A stretch of 64,000 bases of DNA, taken from Mobula hypostoma (taxonomy: Eukaryota). Below are positions 50,047-61,485 of this stretch, in pieces. The DNA is taken from positions 71,860,001-71,924,000 of the forward strand of contig NC_086097.1 in assembly GCF_963921235.1 (NCBI RefSeq). Direction: 5' to 3'. The stretch's first letter is position 1; every line of letters starts with the position of its first letter. The position numbers were made by a program, and so were the translations under genes. A model generated the notes under the pieces. It made no database searches, was not told the origin of the DNA, and saw nothing but the letters and a program-made list of their open reading frames with translations.

Positions 50047-51245
50047 ATGTGCAATTCACAATGCAGGTGCTCTGCACCGAAGTTAGAGATTGGCTTGGAA
50101 ACAGAATTAGTATGTGGCGGGATCATTGGTTCAAAATGCACTGGGAAGGATGGCATAGCTACTATTCTGCCACAAAGTAAGGTTGCATGTAGTTTCTGCC
50201 TCAGGGTCTTAGATGTGGGAACATCAGAAGAAGGGTGACAGGTACATGTAGTGAGCTGCTCATATTTTGCAGGCTTGTCAGAGAGTCCTTTCCAGACTGA
50301 AATTGGCAAGCAGGAGAGCATGATAATATTGTTAGTTTTGTTTCCTTATGAAAAAGTGAATGAGCAGCTTCCCTCACGTTTAATGCATGATCAGACGAGC
50401 GTCTCATATTGAATAATGACGTGAAGAAGGCTGAATCTGAGAAAGGAAGAACTCATTCTCAGTCACGAGTGTTAACTAACAGAATAATGGCTGAGCATTT
50501 TATCCTGTTCCTGAAACTCTGTATTATTGACTTTTTCTGTACTTGGTAAAGGGAAATAACAGATAAAATTAACCTCCAGGTTGGTACAAAAAGGGTAGCA
50601 AATAAGAATAAAAAAGATTAGGTGAGCAAGAAGTGGAGATTGAAGAGAAAAGTATCAAAACATTCATCATAATCTCAGATTTTTAAAGTTTCCTTCCACA
50701 ATCAAAGCCTGAAGCATGGTTGTAATAGTCAATCTTCACCGTCCAGCGAGATCGATAGACAGTAATTAACACTTATCACAACATTGAAAGGGCACTTGGA
50801 TTGAAGTGAACAAGACCTGACTCTGTTGAGAGTTTAATTTGTATATTCTGGTCAAATAAAGCAACATCACACCATTCAACACATTTCAATGGCGAGGCAG
50901 ACACAAGATGACATTCTTTGCAAAGATAAGAGTGGAACATTGCATAATAACAGAATCCTTGAAATTCTTTCTGTGACCCACATCTGCCCTTGCATGCAAT
51001 TTCTGTAGTATTTGCGTTGATGTAGTGTTACGGTATGGGTGCATACTTTTTCGCCTTCTATGTCAGAACTGTCCCATTGACAGCAGTCCTATTTTATCTC
51101 CCACATCCCCTTCAAATACCTGATTCTGCAACTATGGGTAATTAACCTACTAATCAGCACATTGTTGGGATCTGGCAGGAAATAGGAACATGAGGGAAAA
51201 TGCATACAGACAAAGGGAGCATATGCAAGTTCCATACAGACAACA

Positions 51246-52160
51246 GATTCAGATTCAGATTAATTTATTTATCACGTGTAGGTAGAAACATACAGTGAAA
51301 TGCAACATTTGTGTCAACAACCAGCACAAGAAAGGATGCGTTGGGGGCAGCCAGCAAGTGTTACCACACATTCTGGCACCAACATTGCATACCCACCATG
51401 TTTACAGAACAACACAAGCAACAACAACAACAACAACAGAACAACAGCAAAACAAGGTCCGTTCCCCTCTCCCACCCACCCACGCACACGCAAGACAGCT
51501 GTCCAACCCCAGATCTGACTGTCTCCGGTTCCTCAGCCTCCACTGGAGTCAGAATTGCAGGTACTGGGCTTTCGACTTCCCCCATGGACTCGCAGACTTG
51601 AAAACCCAAGGGTCCAGCCACTAGGCCTCAAATTCCAAATTTCCAATGAACATTTGGGTTTCGATCTTCAGTATTGACCAAGTACTCACAAATGAAGATT
51701 CTGGATGAGAACCTCCAACTCCAGGCCTTGAACACTGGACTTACTGATGATGGGACCATGAACAGCAGGCCTCAAACTCCCGTACCTAGGAGGTCACCTG
51801 ATCTCATGCCTCCTACCCGCAGGGAACTCTGATCTCCAATCCCAGAACCCGCCGACAACTCACTGACCTCGGGGTGGGGGGAGTGGAGTTTTGGACCCAG
51901 GCCTCATCCACGCTGGTCTGTCAGCCCAAGCTCCGAACACAGATATCCTTTGTCACATGTTCACATCGCTAGACTTCAAATGCAGAGCGGAGGCCTAGAC
52001 TCCAACCTGACCTCTAACTCCCCCACATCCCTGTCCCTAAACCCTAATCTGACCCCTAACTCCCTGTTCAGTTCCCAAAACCATGCTTACAAACCTTCAA
52101 AACAACTAAGTCAGAACCACAACCTCAGTGAAGAACACAGATGGTGCCATATTGACTAGA
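51246..52160 (-). mobile_element. Putative non-autonomous retroelement with Rex1/L2-like tail, apparently inside a SINE-like remnant
   Basis: (GATTCA)n tail followed by ttatttatcac at 51246-51275, a non-coding body, and an internal (CAA)n. Confidence 0.5.
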
Positions 52161-52504
52161 GCACTTAAGGCTAAGATTAACTCTGGGTCTCTGGAGCTGC
52201 GTTGTATCACCATTAACCGTTACCAACATTGTTACAAACATCATTAACCTTGCTGTTATTTTAAGAGAAAATTATGACTCAGTCTGTTTTAGGACATGAT
52301 TGTTGAGATTATCTTGTATACTGGACTGAATAACTGTGGTGCAATTGTTTGGCTGGGAGGCACATACTGCATGTGAAACATAAGATACTCTGCATCACTT
52401 TTTTCTTCCATTTATATTTTACTTTTGTGTTATGATCCAAGGAAATAGTAGTAATTTAAGAAGACAAATCAAAATGAGTGGCCATTAATACTGGGAAGGA
52501 GTTT

Positions 52505-55082
52505 ATTTAAGAGTGCGAAAGTTAACCAAAAACTTTGGCTTAACTAAGACAACTTTAATAAATTTAACACGACACTCTAAGAGACTTTCTGTCTGCTGCT
52601 TTAGCATTATCTTTTGTCCTTCACCATGCATGACTTTGGTAATTTCAACACTCTCTATCCTCCACCATACCATAGATCTTTCCTTAATCCTGCTCTGCAC
52701 CTGCACGACATTCCTTCACTCTGCATTGGGTTGAAGAAATCTCTGCCCAGTTATCATCAGCATATAACCTGCAGTACCAGAGGTCCCAACACACCAGATC
52801 ACTGGTATACTATAATTAAGAATGTCTACCGTTCCATGCCTTGACCACATTTCCAGAAATCTGATCACTTGGCTGTCCTTCTCCCACATGCATACAGGCA
52901 GAAGCTAAAGAGCAAGACTCCAGAGATAAGGACAACAAAGAGGTGGTCTTAAGAGGCAGAGGTGTGGCTACAGCATTGCTTCATGTCGGTGGACTGGGCC
53001 ATGTTCAAGGACTCATTTGTGGAAGTGTAAGAGTACACCATGGTTGTCACAGATTTTATTAAACAGTCATGGACAAGTATACCCCCACAAAATCATTCAG
53101 AGTCTTCCCCAACCAGAAAACCTGGACGAATCATGAGATCTGCATTTCCTGAGGGGCAGCTCAATGACACTCAGGTTTAGCGACCGGGTAAGATGAAAGA
53201 GGTCCAGGTATGATATCCAGAAAGCCATCTCACATGTGAAGTGCCAATTCCAGATCAAACTTGAGTCACTGCAGGATGCTCATCAGCTGCGTCAAGGCTA
53301 GAATGCTGTTGCCTCACATGAAATCAAGTGACAGGTGACAAGAAAGCTTTACTCCCAAATGAGCCCAATGCCTTCTATGCTTGCTTTGACCATCAAAACA
53401 TGGAGGAACTTCATGAACTACCACAGCCCCTGATGAACCTATGATTTCAGTCTCTGAGGTCAACATGAGAGATCCTTCAGGAGGGTGAACCCATGGAACG
53501 CATCAGCAGAGGTGGGGTTCACTGAATAATAAAGACCTGTGCTGATCAACTGGCTGGAGTGCTCATCGATACCTTCAATCTCTTGCTTCAGAACTCTGAG
53601 GTACCCCCCGCTTCAATTATTGCAGTGTCTAAGAAGAATGTAACCTACCTCAATGACTGTTGTCCAGTAGCACTTACATCCACTGTGATGAAGAGCTTTG
53701 AAAAGTCAACGATGAAACATATCAACTCTTGCAAGAGAAATGACTTGAATCTGCTCCAATTTGCCTACTGGCACAACAGTTGCCATCTCATTGGCTCTTC
53801 ACTAAACCCTGGAACATCTGAACAGCAAAGATACATACATCATGATGCTTTTTATCGACTATAGCTCAATATTCAACACTATCACCCTCTCAAAACTAAC
53901 CAATAAGCTTCAAGACATTGGCCTCAGTACCTCCTTTTGCAATTGGATTCTGGATTTCCTCACTTGCAGAATCCAGTCAGTTCAGATTGGCGAAAACATC
54001 TCCCCAATCTCCATCAGCACAGATGCACCACACACCTTTGTGCTTAGCCTCCTGCTCTACTCGCTTTAAATTTGAGACTGGGTGGCGAAGCACAGCTCTA
54101 ATGCCATATTTAATTTGCTGATGACACCACCTTTGACTTGTTGGCTGAATCAAAGGTAGTGACGAACAGCATATAGGAGTGAGATTGAAAATCTGTCTGA
54201 GTGGTGCCACAACAACAACCTCTCACTCAATGTCAGCAAGACCAAGGAGCTGATTATTAATTTCAGGAGGAAGAAACTGGAAGTCCATAATCCAGTCCTC
54301 AACAGGGGATCAGAGGTGGAGAAGATCAGAAACTTTAAATTCCTTGCTGTTATCATTTCAGAAGATCTGTCCTGGGCCCAGCACTTAAGTGTAATTATGA
54401 AGAAAGCACAGCAGCACCTGTTTGCGAAGATTCAGCATGACATCTTTGACAAACCTCTCTAGTTGTGTAGTGGAGAGTTTATTGAGTGGTTGTATCATGG
54501 CCTGTATGGAAACACTAATGCCCTTGAACACAAAATCCTACAGAAAGCAGGGGACTCAACCCAGTCATCATGGGTAAAGCCCCTCCCCCACCACTGAGCA
54601 CATCTACATGGACAACTGTCAGAGGAATGCAGCATCCATCATCAAAGACCCCCACCACCCAGGTTATGCACTCTTCTCATTGCTGCCATCAGGAAGAAGG
54701 TACAAGACTCCCAGGACCCACACCACCAGGTTCAGGAAAAATTATTACCCCTCACCTATTATGCTCTTAAACCAGAGGGAATAAGTTCAGTCAAACGTCA
54801 CTCTCCACATCTCTGAACTGTACCCACAAACTATGGGCTCACTTTCGAGGACTCTTCATCTCATCTTCTTGATACTTATTGCTTTTTTATTTATTATTAT
54901 TATTTTCTCTTTCATATTTACACAGTTTGATGTCCTTTGCACATTGGTTTATCTGCTCTGATGGTCTTTCATTGATTCGATTGCGTGCCATGGATTTACT
55001 GTGTATGCCCTCAGTAAAGTGAATCTCAGGATTGTATTCAGTGCTGTGCATGTACTTTGATAATAAATTTACTTTGAACTTC
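52505..55082 (+). mobile_element. Decayed Rex1/Babar (L2-related) LINE ORF2 (EN and RT) and 3'UTR
   Basis: Motifs [47 protein letters not shown] and EWCHNNNLSLNVSKTKELI. Tail aataaatttactttgaactt. Confidence 0.88.
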
Positions 55083-55464
55083 GAAGAGGTTTTCATCTTT
55101 GACATATTTATCTTTTAATAGCAAGCTATTGATTAAGACCTTATCTTTTTATCTTTCCATACAAGATGCCTGACCTTCTGGTACTCTAGTATTTTCTATG
55201 CTTATTTCAGGTTTCTTTTTTGTTTTAATTACGTTTCTCCATGATCTGATAGTCCAGCTGAGCTGATTCTTCATGCAGGTGATGGTGTTTTACTGAGAAC
55301 CACACATGGATGGGAATAGATGAATGGGAGATATACAAAAAAAAACTGATTACCTTCTCAACTCTGTACCTCATTTCTAAGCAGAAGCAGAACTTCAAAG
55401 TGTAGTTCACCTACCCAGACCTTAGGGCAGCAGAATGAATTTCCCCTCCTATACAATTAGCTCC

Positions 55465-55760
55465 GTACAGTGGTGCAGTTTGTAGAACCGCTACCTTACT
55501 GCGCCAGAGATCTAGGTTCAAACCGGACCTCAGAGGGTGTTTTCACATTCTCTGGTTTCCTCCCAAAGGCATCCAGATCGGTACCTTAAGTGGCCACTGT
55601 AAATTACTCCCATTATTTAAGTGAGTGGTAGAACTTGGAGTGAATTGATGGGAATGCGGGGAGAATAAAAATGGGATTGATGTTGAAGTGAGTGTTTGAT
55701 GATTGGTACAGACTTGGTGGGTGGTAGATCCCAATTTTGTGCTCAAAGTATCTGACTCAA
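55465..55760 (+). mobile_element. tRNA-derived SINE (V-SINE/HE1-like), decayed
   Basis: A-box-like tggtgcagtttgtag, B-box-like ggttcaaacc, and a central ctctggtttcctccca...tggccactgtaaatt. Confidence 0.65.
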
Positions 55761-55784
55761 TGTGTTGTGGAGCTCCCTCAGTAG

Positions 55785-56452
55785 TGGGATTGGTATTGGT
55801 ATTGAAATTGGCTTATTATTGTCACATGCACCAAGTTACAATGGGAAGTTTGTTTTGCATACTGCCATACAGATCAAATCAGTACACAGTGCATTGAAGC
55901 AAGAACAAGGTGAAACAATAACAAAGCAGAATAAGTTGTATAAGCTACAGAAAAGATGCCGTACAGATAAGCAATAAAGTGCAAGATCATAACGATGTAG
56001 GTAATATGTGTCCAGGAGTCCATTTTATCATACAAGAGTCAGATAACAGTGGGATAGAAGATATCATTGAGCCTGGTCATACATGTTTTCACTTTTTATT
56101 CTTCTGTCACATGGGTGTGGGGGAGAAGAGAGAAAGGTAGGTGTAGCTCTTTGATTACGCTGGTTGCTATACTGAGGCTAGGAGAAGTGTAGACAGGATC
56201 CATAGAGGGGAGGCCGGATTCCATGCTGTGCTAAACTGTGTCCGCAACACTTTGCAAGTTACTTGTGGTCACCTGAAAAACAGTTGCCATACCAAGTCAT
56301 TATGCATCCAGACAGACTGTGTTCTCTGGTGCAAATATAAAATTGGTTAGGGTCGATGGGGCATGCCAAATTTCTTTAACCTACTGAGGAAGAAGAGATG
56401 TTGGTGAGCTTTCTTGGCTGTGGTGTGTACAGGGTTGGACCAGGGCAGGCTA
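55785..56452 (-). mobile_element. Rex1/L2-clade 3' end
   Basis: (ATTGGT)n tail, ttattattgtcacatg, cagttgccataccaag and ttggtgagctttcttggc. Confidence 0.72.
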
Positions 56453-56919
56453 TGATGATAGGACAGTATCAAGGAATCCCCTGAAATTTGACCTTAAGAC
56501 CATAAGATATTGGAGTAGAATTTAGGATTTTGGTCCATCAAGTCAACTATGGCTGATTGTTCTTTTTCAATCCCATTCTCATCCTTCCCTACATAACCCT
56601 TACCCCCTTACCAGAATTTGCTGGAACTCCATAAATCTCAGGAAAGCTAATGGGCAAGAACCCTTAGCAAAATGACTTTGGCTTCTTCTTTGCTTGGTAT
56701 CTGGGCAATAAACTTTGCGGAATTGAATAGTGGATGTCATCACTTGGGCATTTTTTTCCAGTTTTGTTCTGTTTTCTGCTTATATTTTTTCAATTCTTTA
56801 ATCTTTCTTTCTGTTTTTTTTTCCCTGATGATCTTGCTGTTTGCTGAATGGAATGTTTCTATTTTGATCCAACCGTGGAAATGGCAGAATCCGGTCAGGA
56901 TTTAAAGTGAGTACACATA

Positions 56920-57291
56920 AAGTGGGAGGGTGAAGAGCCAGAGGTCCTGGTACATATAGGTACCAATGACATAGGTAGGAAAAGGGATGAGGTCCTGAAA
57001 GAAGAATATAGGGAGCTAGGAAGGGAGTTGAGAAAAAGGACCGCAAAGGTAGTAATCTCGGGATTACTGCCTGTGCCACGCGACAGTGAGAGTAGGAATG
57101 CGATGAGGTGGAGGATAAATGCGTGGCTGAGGGATTGGAGCAGGGGGCAGGGATTCAAGTTTTTGGATCATTGGGACCTCTTTTGGCGTAGGTGTGACCT
57201 GTACAAAAAGGACGGGTTACACTTAAATCCTAGGGGGACCAATATCCTGGCAGGGAGATTAGCGGGGGCTACTGAGGTGACTTTAAACTAG
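56920..57291 (+). CDS. CR1 ORF1 C-terminal SGNH/GDSL esterase-like domain (5'-truncated)
   Basis: Reads KWEGEEPEVLVHIGTND...VVISGLLP...DGLHLN..G, matching the SGNH blocks GxND and DxxH. Stop TAG at 57289-57291. Confidence 0.9.
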   Translation, partial: KWEGEEPEVLVHIGTNDIGRKRDEVLKEEYRELGRELRKRTAKVVISGLLPVPRDSESRNAMRWRINAWLRDWSRGQGFKFLDHWDLFWRRCDLYKKDGLHLNPRGTNILAGRLAGATEVTLN

Positions 57292-57296
57292 AATGG

Positions 57297-60296
57297 TTGG
57301 GGGGTGGGAATCAAATTAAAGCGGCTAGGTGTGAGGAGGTTAGTTCACAACAGAGGGATGGGAACCAGTGCAGAGAGACAGAGGAGTGTAAAGTGAGCGT
57401 AGAAGCAAAAAGTACAAAGGGGAAAAGTAAAAGTGGCAGGCCGACAAATCCAGGGCAAGCATTAAAAAGGGCTAAGAGAGTTGTAAAAGAGCGCCTGAAG
57501 GCTTTATGTGTCAATGCAAGGAGCATTCGTAATAAGGTGGATGAATTGAAAGTGCAGATTGTTATTAATGATTATGATATAGTTGGGATCACAGAGACAT
57601 GGCTCCAGGGTGACCAGGGATGGGAGCTCAACGTTCAGGGATATTCAATATTCAGGAGGGATAGACACGAAGGAAGGGGAGGTGGGGTGGCGTTGCTGGT
57701 TAAAAAAGAGATTAACGCAATAGAAAGGAAGGACATAAGCCGGGAAGATGTGGAATCGATATGGGTAGAGCTGCGTAACACTAAGGGGCAGAAGACGCTG
57801 CTGGGAGTTGTGTACAGGCCACCTAACAGTAGTAGTGAGGTCGGAGATGGTATTAAACAGGAAATTAGAAATGTGTGCAATAAAGGAACAGCAGTTATAA
57901 TGGGTGACTTCAATCTACATGTAGACTGGGTGAACCAAATTGGTAAAGGTGCTGAGGAAGAGGATTTCTTGGAATGTATGCGGGATGGTTTTTTGAACCA
58001 ACATGTCGAGGAACCGACTAGAGAGCAGGCTATTCTGGACTGGGTTTTGAGCAATGAGGAAGGGTTAATTAGCGATCTTGTCGTGAGAGGCCCCTTGGGT
58101 AAGAGTGACCATAATATGGTGGAATTCTTCATTAACATGGAGAGTGACGTAGTTAATTCAGAAACAAAGGTTCTGAACTTAAAGAGGGGTAACTTTGAAG
58201 GTATGAGACATGAATTAGCTAAGATAGACTGGCAAATGACACTTCAAGGATTGACGGTGGATATGCAATGGCAGGCATTTAAAGGTTGCATGGATGAACT
58301 ACAACAATTGTTCATCCCAGTTTGGCAAAAGAATAAATCAAGGAAGGTAGTGCACCCGTGGCTGACAAGAGAAATTAGGGATAGTATCAATTCCAAAGAA
58401 GTAGCATACAAATTAGCCAGAGAAAGTGGCTCACCTGAGGACTGGGAGAAATTCAGAGTTCAGCAGAGGAGGACAAAGGGCTTAATTAGGAAGGGGAAAA
58501 AAGATTATGAGAGAAAACTGGCAGAGAACATAAAAACGGACTGTAAAAGCTTTTATAGATATGTAAAAAGGAAAAGACTGATAAAGACAAATGTAGGTCC
58601 CCTGCAAACAGAAACAGGTGAATTGATTATGGGGAGCAAGGACATGGCAGACCAATTGAATAATTACTTTGGTTCTGTCTTCACTAAGGAGGACATAAAT
58701 AATCTTCCAGAAATAGTAAGGGACAGAGGGTCCAGTGAGATGGAGGAACTGAGCGAAATACATGTTAGTAGGGAAGTGGTGTTAGGTAAATTGAAGGGAT
58801 TGAAGGCAGATAAATCCCCAGGGCCAGATGGTCTGCATCCCAGAGTGCTTAAGGAAGTGGCCCAAGAAATAGTGGATGCATTAGTGATAATTTTTCAAAA
58901 CTCGTTAGATTCTGGACTAGTTCCTGAGGATTGGAGGGTGGCTAATGTAACCCCACTTTTTAAAAAAGGAGGGAGAGAGAAACCGGGGAATTATAGGCCG
59001 GTTAGCCTAACGTCGGTGGTGGGGAAACTGCTGGAGTCAGTTATCAAGGATGTGATAACAGCACATTTGGAAAGCGGTGAAATGATCGGACAAAGTCAGC
59101 ATGGATTTGTGAAAGGAAAATCATGTCTGACGAATCTCATAGAATTTTTTGAGGATGTAACTAGTAGAGTGGATAGGGGAGAACCAGTGGATGTGGTATA
59201 TTTGGATTTTCAAAAGGCTTTTGACAAGGTCCCACACAGGAGATTAGTGTGCAAACTTAAAGCACACGGTATTGGGGGTAAGGTATTGGTGTGGGTGGAG
59301 AATTGGTTAGCAGACAGGAAGCAAAGAGTGGGAATAAACGGGACCTTTTCAGAATGGCAGGCGGTGACTAGTGGGGTACCGCAAGGCTCAGTGCTGGGAC
59401 CCCAGTTGTTTACAATATATATTAATGACTTGGATGAGGGAATTAAATGCAGCATCTCCAAGTTTGCGGATGACACGAAGCTGGGTGGCAGTGTTAGCAG
59501 TGAGGAGGATGCTAAGAGGATGCAGGGTGACTTGGATAGGTTGGGTGAGTGGGCAAACTCATGGCAGATGCAATTTAATGTGGATAAATGTGAAGTTATC
59601 CACTTTGGTGGCAAAAATAGGAAAACAGATTATTATCTGAATGGTGGCCGATTAGGAAAAGGGGAGGTGCAACGAGACCTGGGTGTCATTATACACCAGT
59701 CATTGAAAGTGGGCATGCAGGTACAGCAGGCGGTGAAAAAGGCGAACGGTATGCTGGCATTTATAGCGAGAGGATTCGAGTACAGGAGCAGGGAGGTACT
59801 ACTGCAGTTGTACAAGGCCTTGGTGAGACCACACCTGGAGTATTGTGTGCAGTTTTGGTCCCCTAATCTGAGGAAAGACATCCTTGCCATAGAGGGAGTA
59901 CAAAGAAGGTTCACCAGATTGATTCCTGGGATGGCAGGTCTTTCATATGAAGAAAGACTGGATGAACTGGGCTTGTACTCGTTGGAATTTAGAAGATTGA
60001 GGGGGGATCTGATTGAAACGTATAAGATCCTAAAGGGATTGGACAGGCTAGATGCGGGAAGATTGTTCCCGATGTTGGGGAGGTCTAGAACGAGGGGTCA
60101 CAGTTTGAGGATAGAGGGGAAGCCTTTTAGGACCGAGGTTAGGAAAAACTTCTTCACACAGAGAGTGGTGAATCTGTGGAATTCTCTGCCACAGCAAACT
60201 GTTGAGGCCAGTTCATTAGCTATGTTTAAAAGGAAGTTAGATATGGCCCTTGTGGCTACAGGGGTCACGGGGTATGGAGGGAAGGCTGGGTTCTGA
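57297..60296 (+). CDS. CR1 ORF2: APE endonuclease and reverse transcriptase, uninterrupted (the track's start is TTG; the frame opens at 57276)
   Basis: Motifs NARS, ITETW, YRPP, GDFN, SDH, KSPGPDG, NYRPVSLT, AFDKV, GVPQGSVLGP and FADD. Confidence 0.96.
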   Translation: MGGGNQIKAARCEEVSSQQRDGNQCRETEECKVSVEAKSTKGKSKSGRPTNPGQALKRAKRVVKERLKALCVNARSIRNKVDELKVQIVINDYDIVGITETWLQGDQGWELNVQGYSIFRRDRHEGRGGGVALLVKKEINAIERKDISREDVESIWVELRNTKGQKTLLGVVYRPPNSSSEVGDGIKQEIRNVCNKGTAVIMGDFNLHVDWVNQIGKGAEEEDFLECMRDGFLNQHVEEPTREQAILDWVLSNEEGLISDLVVRGPLGKSDHNMVEFFINMESDVVNSETKVLNLKRGNFEGMRHELAKIDWQMTLQGLTVDMQWQAFKGCMDELQQLFIPVWQKNKSRKVVHPWLTREIRDSINSKEVAYKLARESGSPEDWEKFRVQQRRTKGLIRKGKKDYERKLAENIKTDCKSFYRYVKRKRLIKTNVGPLQTETGELIMGSKDMADQLNNYFGSVFTKEDINNLPEIVRDRGSSEMEELSEIHVSREVVLGKLKGLKADKSPGPDGLHPRVLKEVAQEIVDALVIIFQNSLDSGLVPEDWRVANVTPLFKKGGREKPGNYRPVSLTSVVGKLLESVIKDVITAHLESGEMIGQSQHGFVKGKSCLTNLIEFFEDVTSRVDRGEPVDVVYLDFQKAFDKVPHRRLVCKLKAHGIGGKVLVWVENWLADRKQRVGINGTFSEWQAVTSGVPQGSVLGPQLFTIYINDLDEGIKCSISKFADDTKLGGSVSSEEDAKRMQGDLDRLGEWANSWQMQFNVDKCEVIHFGGKNRKTDYYLNGGRLGKGEVQRDLGVIIHQSLKVGMQVQQAVKKANGMLAFIARGFEYRSREVLLQLYKALVRPHLEYCVQFWSPNLRKDILAIEGVQRRFTRLIPGMAGLSYEERLDELGLYSLEFRRLRGDLIETYKILKGLDRLDAGRLFPMLGRSRTRGHSLRIEGKPFRTEVRKNFFTQRVVNLWNSLPQQTVEASSLAMFKRKLDMALVATGVTGYGGKAGF

Positions 60297-61485
60297 GTTG
60301 GATGATCAGCCATGATCATAATAAATGGCGGTGCAGGCTCGAAGGGCCGAATGGCCTACTCCTGCACCTATTTTCTATGTTTCTATGTTTCTATAAGTGG
60401 AGAGGGTGGAAGAAAAGCAGTAAAATTAATCTAAACAATTCCGATGGATACAATGGAAGTTGTGAAAGAAGATTAGTCAAGAGTACATTCAGTCTGCAAT
60501 ACAATATCATGTATAAATGAAAAAGATGATGCCATGCAAAAACTCTTCTTCATCATTATACCTGACTTCAGATAAAAATTGGAACAGATTAAGAAAGCAG
60601 TCTGTTTGGCAACAAAATGCTGGCTTACAACTGGGATAATGTTCAACTGGTTCCCATAGGCATCAATGTACAGTGACAAAGGAGAGTTGCTCTTGCAATA
60701 TTAACCAGCTGATTCAGAGGAAATGGTGGAAAAATACAATATTAAAAGCAAACTGTCTCCAGAGACAGTATTTTAGAACACTGTGTGGATGACTCTTCTG
60801 TCAATATACAATGATGTATTACCATTTTAAATCAGATAATGTTGCTTTAAATGTTGAAGAAGTTTAATGTTGACATTAAACATTTATTGCATGGAACTGC
60901 TGTTGGCATAACATAGGAGTTAACACGGATAATCCAATCCATATCCCAAATGTATTTATTCAATCTATCCCCGATATCTACAGACAGGTTGCAGATTATG
61001 TCTGCTGTACGATAAAGGCAGAGCCATAAACTAAAACTGCAACATTGATATGATGATTTAATACAAATAATATTTTACTGTCCAATATTCAATCATAGAT
61101 TAATGCATTACAACAGTATCTGTAAACTCAGATATTTAATAAATGTTTTGTTTTAGCTGCTTCAAGGCATATCTGGAGTGACAGACAAATGGGACAATGA
61201 TGGAAGCCAATTCTGCAGAATATTTTACAATTTGATTGCACACATCTTGGTTTTTTTTTCCATTCTCTTTCTGAAGGGCAAATTCTCTTTCCACACATTT
61301 AATTAATCAGTTCTCATTTATTATGGAGCTTACAGAGTAAATGGTAGTCAAGGATTGCACTGTTGAACGTTTCACAGCTTTTTCCAATCCTATGTTCACT
61401 CAATATTCAATCATGAGCCAACAGAGAGAGATGTGAAGAGTAACATGGCAGATTTTTCTCTCTCTAGAAACTGCTGAGTTACAAG

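Larger units (their letters stand above)
56920..60394 (+). mobile_element. Young CR1 LINE, 5'-truncated within ORF1, with complete ORF2 and 3' tail
   Basis: ORF1 esterase C-terminus, open 999-codon ORF2, 3'UTR and (TTTCTATG)n tail. Confidence 0.97.

Noticed and set aside
51311..51621. Poly-Q, poly-T, poly-N and poly-C ORFs
   Set aside because: They are translations of a (CAA)n microsatellite inside a repeat.
55465..55530. tRNA-like A and B boxes
   Set aside because: No cloverleaf, and the sequence continues into a SINE body, so it is a SINE head rather than a tRNA gene.
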